Of a stretch of DNA of 64,000 nucleotides, positions 28,000 to 36,339 are shown piece after piece. A program made the position numbers and the translations under genes. The notes under the pieces were generated by a model. The model did no database searches. It saw only the letters and a list, made by a program, of their open reading frames with translations, and was not told the origin of the DNA. This stretch comes from Methanobacteriota archaeon (GTDB taxonomy: Archaea; Thermoplasmatota; Thermoplasmata; RBG-16-68-12). The DNA lies in contig VBMG01000046.1 in the NCBI GenBank assembly GCA_005878485.1, forward strand, positions 18-64,017. Reading direction: 5' to 3'. Position 1 is the first letter of the stretch. Every line of letters starts with the position of its first letter.

Positions 28000-29136
28000 G
28001 TGGCCGACGATTCCGGCTCCGCGGAAGGCGGGGAGCCCGCCGCGCCGACCCGCCCGGGCCTCGCGTTCAACCGCCAGAGCCTCGAGCGGTTCCTGATGAT
28101 CTTCCTGTTCCTGCTGGCCCTCTACGCCATCATCGACCAACAGGTCGGGACCTCGTTTGCGACGCTCGCGGGCTCCGTGCTCTACCCCGTCTTCGGGTTC
28201 GGCGGTACGCTGCCCGTCCTGACGATTCTGCTCCTGGGACTCGCGACCACGACGATCGGTTCCGTCCTCCGGGACCACTACACGAACTGGGTGAAGATGG
28301 CCCGGACGCAGCGGGTCATCCGAGCGTGGTCCCGCGAGCGGATGGAGGCCATGCGGAAGGGCCAGCAGACGAGGGTCCAGATGCTCATGGAAGCTCAGAA
28401 AGGGTTCGCGAAAGATCAGATGGAGATGATGACGAGCCCCTACAAGGCGACGGCCTGGACGATGTTCTTCTTCATCGTCATGATCGTCTGGTTACGCCTC
28501 TTCGTCGATACCGTCCTGCTGGACCACGGAAACCAGTGGATCACGGTCCCATGGTCCACCCACGTGTTCCTGCCCTTGGGCGTGGTCATCATGCCGGCCT
28601 GGCTTCTCCTGTACTCCCTCCTCGCGGTCCCCTTCGGGCAAATCGTCACCCGCATCCTACGATACATCTCATACGTCCTCGTATCTGCAGGCACGAAGTT
28701 CCGGGCGATGGCGAAGGAGCGCCGGATGAGCCTCGAGGCGTTCGGTCGCGCGGCGGAGAAGGATTCCATGCTTGACCGGGCGCTGGACGCGGCGATCCTC
28801 GCCGAGATTCGGAAGTACGACGCCGCGGGCGCGAACGTCGTCGTCGATGGACGGATTCAAGCGCATCTCCTGTCCAAGGAACGGGTGCCGTGCATCAAGG
28901 TCCTCATCGATGCGCCCCTCGACCTGCGCGCGGAGCGGATTTCCCGGCGGGAGAAGAAGAGCGTCGAGGAGGCGAGGCGGGAGATTGTCGCGCGCGAGAA
29001 ATCGGAGCGAATCCGATACCACGCGATTTACGGGATCGATGTTCGCGACACCGGGATTTTCGACCTCGTCATCGATTCCCGAAACCGAACGCCGGACGAG
29101 ATCGTGGCGATGATCGGCGCGCGGGTGGGGGGATGA
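28000..29136 (+). CDS. In-frame fusion of a DUF106/EMC3-TMCO1 (Oxa1-superfamily) membrane protein and an N-terminally truncated cytidylate kinase
   Basis: aa 1-~224 show the DUF106 TM/coiled-coil pattern (…MPAWLLLYSLLAVP.GQ); from ~28672 Cmk-like VSAGTKFRAMAKERRMSLEAF…VVDGR…RY..IYGID…DLVIDS; no GxxGSGKTT. Confidence 0.8.
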   Translation: MADDSGSAEGGEPAAPTRPGLAFNRQSLERFLMIFLFLLALYAIIDQQVGTSFATLAGSVLYPVFGFGGTLPVLTILLLGLATTTIGSVLRDHYTNWVKMARTQRVIRAWSRERMEAMRKGQQTRVQMLMEAQKGFAKDQMEMMTSPYKATAWTMFFFIVMIVWLRLFVDTVLLDHGNQWITVPWSTHVFLPLGVVIMPAWLLLYSLLAVPFGQIVTRILRYISYVLVSAGTKFRAMAKERRMSLEAFGRAAEKDSMLDRALDAAILAEIRKYDAAGANVVVDGRIQAHLLSKERVPCIKVLIDAPLDLRAERISRREKKSVEEARREIVAREKSERIRYHAIYGIDVRDTGIFDLVIDSRNRTPDEIVAMIGARVGG

Positions 29137-30089
29137 CCGACCTCGTCGTCCTCCACGAGGTGCCGGATTCGAAGCATGGGACGAGGCCTGAAGAGCGGTC
29201 GATCGGGGAACGGATCCGCCTCGGGGTCGCGATCGTCGACAAGCCCGCGGGGCCGACCTCCCATCAGGTGAGCGCCTGGGTCCGCGACATGTTCGGCGTC
29301 CCGAAGGCGGGCCACTCGGGGACCCTCGATCCCCGCGTGACCGGGGTCCTTCCCGTCGCGCTGGCGGACGCGACCCGCGCCGTCGAAGCCGTCCTGGCGG
29401 GAGACAAGGAGTACGTTGGCGTAATGCAGCTCCACCAGGACGTCGAGGAGCGACGCGTGCGTTCAATGATGGCACGGTTCGTCGGGGCGATTTACCAGAT
29501 TCCACCGGTTCGTTCAGCCGTGAAGCGCGAGCAGCGCACGCGGATCGTGTACGAGCTCGAGCCGATCGAGGTCGAAGGGCGAAACATCCTGTTTCGCGTC
29601 CGATGTGAATCCGGGACCTATGTGCGGACGCTCGCCGCGGACATCGGTGACGCGCTCGGCGTGGGCGGGAACCTGGTCGACCTCCGTCGAACGCGCACGG
29701 CGACTTTCGGAGAGGCGGATGCGCATCCGCTCAATGCGTTCCGCGACGCGATTGCCTACTGGAAGGAAGACGGGGACGAAACCCCGATTCGGGCGCTTCT
29801 CCGGCCGATCGAAGACCTCCTTCTTCATCTGCCGCGGATGGTCGTCAAAGACACCGCGGTCGATGCGATCTGTCACGGGGCGAACCTCATGGTCCCCGGG
29901 GTTGCGCAGCTCTCCGCTCACATTCGGTCCGGCGACCTCGTTGGCGTCTTCACGGGAAAAGGCGAGGCCGTGGCGCTCGCGAAGGCCCTCATGACGACGG
30001 ACGGGATCGTCGTCGCGAAATCCGGTGCCGCGGCGGACACGGCCCGCGTCCTCATGAATCCGGGCACGTATCCGAAGCTCTGGAAGTGA
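29133..30089 (+). CDS. cbf5: H/ACA RNA-guided pseudouridine synthase Cbf5 (TruB family)
   Basis: DKPAGPTSHQV, GHSGTLDP.VTGVL, CESGTYVR, C-terminal PUA domain. Confidence 0.96.
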   Translation: MTDLVVLHEVPDSKHGTRPEERSIGERIRLGVAIVDKPAGPTSHQVSAWVRDMFGVPKAGHSGTLDPRVTGVLPVALADATRAVEAVLAGDKEYVGVMQLHQDVEERRVRSMMARFVGAIYQIPPVRSAVKREQRTRIVYELEPIEVEGRNILFRVRCESGTYVRTLAADIGDALGVGGNLVDLRRTRTATFGEADAHPLNAFRDAIAYWKEDGDETPIRALLRPIEDLLLHLPRMVVKDTAVDAICHGANLMVPGVAQLSAHIRSGDLVGVFTGKGEAVALAKALMTTDGIVVAKSGAAADTARVLMNPGTYPKLWK

Positions 30090-30093
30090 TCGA

Positions 30094-31254
30094 ATGGGCG
30101 TGGACCCCTGGGGGTTCGACGAGGAGCGACAGGCCGTCGCGCGCCGCCTCCGGTCGAGGCGGTTGCGGTTGGGCGCGGTCCGCACCGCGAGCTTCGGTGT
30201 GATCGCGGGCATCCTCGTGTTCGGCGGGGCGGCCGCATGCCGGGACCTCGTCCTGTCGCTCGGTTGGCCCGGATGGATGTCCGTCGTGACCTTCCTCGCG
30301 GTGCTGTTCGGCGTCTTCGCCGCGGCGGAGGTCCCCTTCAGTTATGTCGGCGGATTCCGGTGGGAGCATGCGATCGGCCTCTCGACGCAGACGTTCGCGG
30401 GATGGATGAAAGATCTCGGGAAGTCGTTGGCCCTCGGCCTCGGGTCGACGATCGTCGTCGGCGGCGTGCTCCTTTGGCTCCTCGCGACCACGCCTTGGTG
30501 GTGGCTCGTCGGATGGGTCCTTGGCACCGCGGTCTCCGCGGTTCTCGGGTTCCTCGCGCCGATCGTGTTCGTCCCGCTCTTCTTCCGATTCCGTCCGCTC
30601 CAAGATGAGCGCCTGCGGACGCGCTTCGTGACTCTCGCCGCTCGCGCCCGCGTGCCGGTGCTTGGTGTGTTCGAACTGCAAGCGTCCTCGAAGACGCGGA
30701 GATCGAATGCCGCGGTGATGGGATTCGGCCGAACGCGGAGGATCATCGTGACCGACACGTTGTTGCGCGACTTCCCCATCGACGAGGTGGACTCGGTCCT
30801 CGCTCACGAACTCGCGCATCAGAGATACCTCGATCCGATTCGGGGGTTCCTCGTTGGCTCCCTCACCTCGCTCGTCATCGTCGCGCCCACCGCGTGGCTG
30901 TACGCCATTTCGCATGCCTCCTTCGGGATTGCGGCGATCGCGGACATGGCGGGACTGCCGCTTGTTGCCGTGCTCTTCAGTCTCGCGGCCCTCCCGTTTC
31001 GTCCGGTGGAGTTATGGTGGTCCCGGATCCGGGAGGCCCGGGCGGATCGATTCTCCCTCGAGCTGACACGAAATCCGAATGCCTTCGCGGCGGCGATGGT
31101 CCGTCTCCACGACCGCAACCTCGGCGTGGCGATCCCGAGCCGTTGGGAGAAGTGGCTGTTTTATAGCCATCCGTCCGGACGTGAACGCGTCGACTCCGCA
31201 CGCTCGTTCGCTGCTTCGCAAGCCGCGGGACCGCAGGAAGTCGGAGGGATCTGA
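30094..31254 (+). CDS. M48 (Ste24-like) membrane zinc metalloprotease
   Basis: Multiple TM helices, NAAVMG.G, AHELAH, EARAD, YSHP. Confidence 0.92.
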   Translation: MGVDPWGFDEERQAVARRLRSRRLRLGAVRTASFGVIAGILVFGGAAACRDLVLSLGWPGWMSVVTFLAVLFGVFAAAEVPFSYVGGFRWEHAIGLSTQTFAGWMKDLGKSLALGLGSTIVVGGVLLWLLATTPWWWLVGWVLGTAVSAVLGFLAPIVFVPLFFRFRPLQDERLRTRFVTLAARARVPVLGVFELQASSKTRRSNAAVMGFGRTRRIIVTDTLLRDFPIDEVDSVLAHELAHQRYLDPIRGFLVGSLTSLVIVAPTAWLYAISHASFGIAAIADMAGLPLVAVLFSLAALPFRPVELWWSRIREARADRFSLELTRNPNAFAAAMVRLHDRNLGVAIPSRWEKWLFYSHPSGRERVDSARSFAASQAAGPQEVGGI

Positions 31255-31352
31255 AAAGCCACATGCCACTCCCGTCAGAAGATGCGGATCCTCGAATCCG
31301 AGCGGACCTGAGAACCTTTAAGACGCCTGAGCCAATCGTGCGAGCGCTGGGT

Positions 31353-31471
31353 GCCGAGGTCGCCTAGTCCGGTAGGGCGCCAGCCTGGAGAGCTGGTGGG
31401 CGTCAGCCCTCGGGAGTTCAAATGGCTCCCGCCGCTCTAATGACGGCTGCCTGAAAGTCTCCCCCTCGGCG
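31353..31471 (+). tRNA. tRNA-Ser(GGA) with an intron (31423-31457) at T-loop position 59/60
   Basis: Acceptor GCCGAGG/CCTCGGC, G73, anticodon arm CCAGC-CTGGAGA-GCTGG, long variable arm, T-stem GGGAG/CTCCC; TTCA/TGAA central helix with 3-nt bulges; TTTAAG box at 31317. Confidence 0.92.
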
Positions 31472-31472
31472 T

Positions 31473-32525
31473 TCAGCTCTTTCGACGCGCCGCGGCGAGT
31501 TTTGCCTTCAGGGTTTCAATCGGTTTCAGCGGCAACGGATCCACGCCGCGCAGGGCCGCGAGGTAGAGGCTGACGTAGTCTCCCAGATACAGTGTGCCGA
31601 GCATTCGACTCAGGAGGGACGGGCCATCGTCGTGGACTTCCTCGACCTTCGTCCGCTTCGACATCAAGGATGTCGTGATGTCGAGTTGCCGTTTCAACTC
31701 GGGTGGCTCGTCGGCATCTCGGAGAATGATTGGACGATACGACCGAGCACGCGGGTCCTCGACCCAGCCGACGAGCTCGTTATGGTCCGCCTCCGGAAAG
31801 GTCGAGGAGAAGGCGAGCACCTTCGCGTTCTCGTTCAGCTGCGTCTGCCATCGCCTCGCGACTGCGGTGAAGGGAGGCGCCGCATAGAGGATCGGGACCG
31901 TGGTCTTGAGGCGGAGCGCGAGGGCTTTCGCCCGGTTCAAGCGAACGCCGCTCTCCGGACGGAGGCGCGTCCGCAATTCGTTCAAGTGGGCGACGGCTTG
32001 TTCCACGTCACCTCGCAAGTCTCCGTACGTCCATCCGCTTCCGATCGTCGACAGGATTCCGAAGAGGTGGCCGAACGCGCCCCGCGGTGGCAACCCCGCG
32101 GGCACCTCGAAGACGGGCCACCCGCCTCCGCGTGCGAGATCTCCAAGACGGCCGCCGGAGGTGATCGCGATGACCCGGCACCCCAGTTTGATGCCTTCGG
32201 CCGTGGCCCCGAGCGTCTCTTCCGTGTTGCCGGAGTAGGACACGGCGACGAGGAGGTCTTCCGGACGGGCGTACGACGGAAGACGGTAGTCCCGGACGAC
32301 CTGGATGGGCACTTTGCAACGGTCCGCCACCCAAGCGGCGAAGACATCCCCCGCAATCGCGGAGCCGCCCATCCCGATCAGGAAGACGCGTTGGGCCTCG
32401 GCGATTGGCGCCCGGGCCTTGCCCTCGGCCCAGATCGCCGCCGCGGAAATCTGGTCCGGAAGGGACGCGATGATGTCTCGCATCCCTCCCGGGTCGACCC
32501 GTGCGACGGCCCGCGCGTCGAGCAT
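31473..32525 (-). CDS. Bifunctional phosphoglucose/phosphomannose isomerase
   Basis: GMGGSAIAGD, SYSGNTEET, QLNENAK, PEADHNE, GDYVSLYLA; start may be 32537. Confidence 0.92.
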   Translation of the reverse strand: MLDARAVARVDPGGMRDIIASLPDQISAAAIWAEGKARAPIAEAQRVFLIGMGGSAIAGDVFAAWVADRCKVPIQVVRDYRLPSYARPEDLLVAVSYSGNTEETLGATAEGIKLGCRVIAITSGGRLGDLARGGGWPVFEVPAGLPPRGAFGHLFGILSTIGSGWTYGDLRGDVEQAVAHLNELRTRLRPESGVRLNRAKALALRLKTTVPILYAAPPFTAVARRWQTQLNENAKVLAFSSTFPEADHNELVGWVEDPRARSYRPIILRDADEPPELKRQLDITTSLMSKRTKVEEVHDDGPSLLSRMLGTLYLGDYVSLYLAALRGVDPLPLKPIETLKAKLAAARRKS

Positions 32526-32634
32526 CCCGGGCGGCATGGGACCCGCCGAAATAAGGACTCCGTCCTCCGAGGTGGGAACCAAAAAGTTGGTTCTTACAAT
32601 AATCTTGATATATTCCGCCGAGCTGCAAACGGCC

Positions 32635-33330
32635 GTGGATTTCCAACGGGCCATCGAGGCGCTGCGGACTGGCGCGTTCATCCTGGTCTATGACGGCGAT
32701 GGCCGGGAGGCGGAAACGGACCTCACGATCGCGAGCGAATTCGTATCGCCCGCTTCGATCCGAACCCTGCGCAAAGAGGCTGGCGGACTCATCTGCATGA
32801 CCCTGTCCGGCGAAGTCCGGGCGCGCATCGGCCTGCCGTTCATGGCCGACGTCCTTCGGCGGGCGACCCCCACGTATCCCGTCCTCGGTGCCATCTCGAC
32901 GGAGGACATGAAATATGACCGACACAGCGCCTTCTCGATTTCCGTGAACCACCGCGAGACGTTCACCGGCGTGACGGACATCGATCGCGCGAAGACGATT
33001 TCCCGTCTGGCCGCCATCGCGAAGGAGGCCACGAAGCGGGAGAACGGCTGGGCCGCGGACGTCTTCGCGAACGAGTTTCGTTCTCCTGGCCACGTGCCGC
33101 TCCTGAACGCCGCAGGACCGCTCCTCGCCGAACGACGCGGTCACACGGAGCTCACGACGGCGCTCATGATCATGGCCGGCCTCGCGCCGACCGCGACGAT
33201 TTGCGAGATGATGGCGGACGACGGACACGCCGTCTCGAAGGAAGATGCAAAGGCATATGCTCGGGCGAGGAATCTCGTCTTCCTGGAAGGGCAGGACATC
33301 GTCCGAGCGTGGCGTTCGTGGTCCGCGTAA
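32635..33330 (+). CDS. ribB: 3,4-dihydroxy-2-butanone 4-phosphate synthase
   Basis: YDGDGREAETD, TGVTDIDRA.TI, FRSPGHV, RRGHTE, ICEM. Confidence 0.94.
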   Translation: MDFQRAIEALRTGAFILVYDGDGREAETDLTIASEFVSPASIRTLRKEAGGLICMTLSGEVRARIGLPFMADVLRRATPTYPVLGAISTEDMKYDRHSAFSISVNHRETFTGVTDIDRAKTISRLAAIAKEATKRENGWAADVFANEFRSPGHVPLLNAAGPLLAERRGHTELTTALMIMAGLAPTATICEMMADDGHAVSKEDAKAYARARNLVFLEGQDIVRAWRSWSA

Positions 33331-33824
33331 TGGCGACGGGGGTCTTCGATCTCCTCCATCCCGGTCATGTGTATTTCCTCCGCGAGGCGCGGAAGCTCGG
33401 CGACGAGCTATGGGTCGTCGTCGCGCGCGACAGCACCGCGCGGAAGTTCAAGCACGAGCCAATCATGCCGGAGTCCGCCCGGTTCCAGATGGTCGAGGCG
33501 CTCAAGCCCGTCGACCGCGCCGTCCTCGGCCACGAAGGCAACATCTACGACATCCTCGAGGAGATCCGCCCGGATGTCATCGCGATCGGGTACGATCAGG
33601 TCCACAACGAGGAGCGGATCCTGGAGGAATGCCGAAAGCGGGGCCTCGCCACGAAGGTCGTCCGGCTCCCGCGGTTCGAAGGTGACCTGGTCGGCACCCG
33701 CAAAATCGTGAGGAAGGTGGCCGAATGGCTCGCGCTCCAAGAGCGGCTCAGCGAGGTCGAACGCGCAAAGCCTCGCGGGGCCGCGGATCAACCTCCGTCT
33801 CGCCGACGAAAGCGAAACACCTGA
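33318..33824 (+). CDS. ribL: Archaeal FAD synthase
   Basis: MATGVFDLLHPGH (HxGH), VVARD, IGYDQ; located within the rib operon. Confidence 0.92.
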   Translation: MVRVMATGVFDLLHPGHVYFLREARKLGDELWVVVARDSTARKFKHEPIMPESARFQMVEALKPVDRAVLGHEGNIYDILEEIRPDVIAIGYDQVHNEERILEECRKRGLATKVVRLPRFEGDLVGTRKIVRKVAEWLALQERLSEVERAKPRGAADQPPSRRRKRNT

Positions 33825-34294
33825 AGCGGATCGGGATCGTCGACACGTCCTTCGCCCGTTACGACATGGCATCCGCCACAATTGACGAGTTGCGGAAACA
33901 GGGCGGGGGCTTCACGGTCGAGCGGTACACGGTCCCCGGGATCAAGGATCTCGCCGCGGGCGCCAGGATCCTGTTCGACCGCGGGTGCGAGCTCGTGCTC
34001 GCGCTCGGTATGGTCGGACGGCAGCCGGTCGACAAGGACTGCGCCCTCGCCGCGGACTTCGGTCTCCAAGCGGTGCAGGCCGCGGTCGGGCGGCACATTC
34101 TCGGCGTCATGGTCCATGAGGAGGAGGCGGGGGACGAGATCGAGCTCGCGGGGTTGTTCGACCGGCGGACGCGGGAGCATGCGGTGAACGCGTACGACCT
34201 CCTCTTCCGGCCCGAGGCGATTCGCGCGAGGGCCGGGACCGGTCAGCGGGAGGGATTCGCGGATGCGGGACCCCTCAAGGTGAAGCGGTCATGA
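33821..34294 (+). CDS. ribC: Archaeal-type riboflavin synthase (probable CTG start)
   Basis: KRIGIVDTSFARYDM, RYTVPGIKDL, HEEE, AGTGQREG; homology starts at the CTG overlapping the ribL TGA. Confidence 0.88.
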   Translation: MKRIGIVDTSFARYDMASATIDELRKQGGGFTVERYTVPGIKDLAAGARILFDRGCELVLALGMVGRQPVDKDCALAADFGLQAVQAAVGRHILGVMVHEEEAGDEIELAGLFDRRTREHAVNAYDLLFRPEAIRARAGTGQREGFADAGPLKVKRS

Positions 34295-34698
34295 GGCTCG
34301 CGATCGTCGCGGCGGAGTTCAACCGCGAGGTGACGGACGTCATGGTCGAGCGAGCGCTCGCGCGGGCCAAGGAACGAGGGATTCGCGTCACGTCCGTCGT
34401 CCGCGTGCCCGGAACGTTCGAAATCCCCCTCGCGGTACGGAGACTCCTCGAACGCGCCGACGTCGATGCGGCCGTCGCGATCGGCGCAGTGATCAAGGGC
34501 GAGACGTTGCACGACGAGGCGCTCATGGCCGCCGTCCCGAAGGCGCTCCTCGACGTGCAACGGGACACGCGGAAACCGGTGGGCCTCGGAATCACAGGCC
34601 CCGGGATGACGGACGAGCAAGCGATGGCCCGCGTGGACAAAGGTGCGGAGGCCGTCGACGTCGCCTTGGCAATGCACGAGCTGCTGCGCGGATTGTGA
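34291..34698 (+). CDS. ribH: 6,7-dimethyl-8-ribityllumazine synthase
   Basis: AEFNREVT, VPGTFEIP, GAVIKGETLHD, GITGPGM. Confidence 0.95.
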   Translation: MRLAIVAAEFNREVTDVMVERALARAKERGIRVTSVVRVPGTFEIPLAVRRLLERADVDAAVAIGAVIKGETLHDEALMAAVPKALLDVQRDTRKPVGLGITGPGMTDEQAMARVDKGAEAVDVALAMHELLRGL

Positions 34699-34777
34699 AC
34701 GGTTTTCCCCCTGAGATTCACGTCGTAAAGGTTTAATCCCGCGGCCGGTCCATGTGGGCCGGTTCGGAGCCCACGCG

Positions 34778-35137
34778 ATGGTCGACACGACCGGTCTCGA
34801 GACCCTGCTTCGCGAGATCGAGCAAAACGAGGGCGTCCAAGAAGCGATGCTCGTCTCGCTCGCGGGGACGTACCTCGCGGGCAGCTTCCCGCGCGGTGTG
34901 CACGTGGACACCTTCGGATCCATGTTCGCGGTCCTCATCGGGTCGGCGGAGACCGTGACGGCCGAGGCGAGAGATTCGCTGGAGTCGGTCGTGATCCACT
35001 GCAAGTCGAACAAGTACCTCATCATCCACGGAGGCCGGAAGGCCCTGATCGTGTTGCGACTCCCGACGACCGCGGACCCGCTGAAGATGAAGCTCGCCGT
35101 CGAGAAGTACATCCCGCGGATTGAGGAACACCTGTGA
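34778..35137 (+). CDS. Roadblock/LC7 domain protein
   Basis: ~120 aa, GVQEAMLVSLAG..LAG…FGSMFAVLIGSAE helix, beta-meander; own TTTAAT box at ~34732. Confidence 0.82.
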   Translation: MVDTTGLETLLREIEQNEGVQEAMLVSLAGTYLAGSFPRGVHVDTFGSMFAVLIGSAETVTAEARDSLESVVIHCKSNKYLIIHGGRKALIVLRLPTTADPLKMKLAVEKYIPRIEEHL

Positions 35138-35138
35138 G

Positions 35139-35801
35139 CTAGATCCTTCGCATCCCGCGGAGGAACCATTGGCCCACGCATTTCGTGACGTACCGGACCG
35201 TCGCGGACGCCCCGCGATCGATCCCATGAGCCGCGGTCCGCCCCTGACCAAGCACTTGGAGGACGTCGTCCAGGCGGAGGGCCCCCGAGTCGATCGCGGT
35301 CGTGGCCCTCGCGACCTCGTCCAGGAAGTGGCTGTCGCTCCCTCCCGTCTCGCCGACCTTCCGCTCGCGGGCCAGGGCCCGGGCTCGTACGTTGCCGCGT
35401 CGCAGGGTGCGGCCGTTGCACGTCTCATACGCGGGGAAGGATGCCTGTCTCACGGCGGCGGGACCGAGTCCGGACCAAAATCGGAACGGGTGGGCCGCGA
35501 CGGGGACGCCGCCGAGCGCCACGATCCGTTCGGCGGTCTCCGCAACGGAACGGTCCCGCGGGACGAGATCGCGGACTCCGTACCCGAGGACGTGGCCGGC
35601 CTCCGTCGAGACTTCGATCGCGGGGATCACGAGGAAGCTGCCGCTCGCCGCCACCTCCGCCGCCCGGATTCCACCGACCGCGTTGTGGTCCGTGATCGCG
35701 ATCCCCGCGAGGCCCATCCGCTGGGCGACCGCGACGAGTTGGCCGGGGGCGACCCGGGAGTCCGGCGAGTACTGCGTGTGATTGTGAAGATCCAGGAGCA
35801 T
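35139..35801 (-). CDS. PHP-domain metal-dependent phosphoesterase
   Basis: DLHNHTQYSPDS, AITDHN, EVST..GH, AAHPF, GGSDSH. Confidence 0.92.
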   Translation of the reverse strand: MLLDLHNHTQYSPDSRVAPGQLVAVAQRMGLAGIAITDHNAVGGIRAAEVAASGSFLVIPAIEVSTEAGHVLGYGVRDLVPRDRSVAETAERIVALGGVPVAAHPFRFWSGLGPAAVRQASFPAYETCNGRTLRRGNVRARALARERKVGETGGSDSHFLDEVARATTAIDSGALRLDDVLQVLGQGRTAAHGIDRGASATVRYVTKCVGQWFLRGMRRI

Positions 35802-35893
35802 CGAGGAGGGCGCACAAGCAAGCCGGTTCGCTTAAGGCTTGCGCGCGGGGATTCCCGCGGAGTTTTTATCGACTGCCGCCCGTATGCGGAACC

Positions 35894-36334
35894 GTGTCAG
35901 TCGAGGCCCGGTTCGGCCTGCTGCACGACCGTGTGTTTGCGGACGGGACCGAGTACGAGGTCCGTCGCGGCCGGCACGGGTTCCATCTGATTGTCGATCC
36001 GGACGGCGCCGCGGGCCGGGTCCACTACGACGGATGGCGGGACCGACTTTCGATCGACTCCCCTCACGGGTCGCTCGAGATCCGATTCCGATGGCGCCAC
36101 ACGACGTTCCCATGGCGAGGACGAGTCTACCGGGTCGGCTCGACTCTCGGGAGTCGGGTCCGGGTCTTCGAAGGCGACCGACGCGTCTTGGAAGGCAAGG
36201 AAACCTGGAGCGGCATCCGGTTCGATGTGATATCTCCCGAATTCCGAGACATCGCGCGGGAGCTCGCGGTGGGATTCGGCCTTCGGACCCAAGCGTTCGC
36301 AACCGCGATCATCTTGGCGGCCGGAGCGCACTGA
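35894..36334 (+). CDS. Hypothetical beta-rich protein with a C-terminal helix
   Basis: Fills the gap between convergent/divergent genes; plausible amino-acid composition. Confidence 0.6.
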   Translation: MSVEARFGLLHDRVFADGTEYEVRRGRHGFHLIVDPDGAAGRVHYDGWRDRLSIDSPHGSLEIRFRWRHTTFPWRGRVYRVGSTLGSRVRVFEGDRRVLEGKETWSGIRFDVISPEFRDIARELAVGFGLRTQAFATAIILAAGAH

Positions 36335-36339
36335 ACGCG

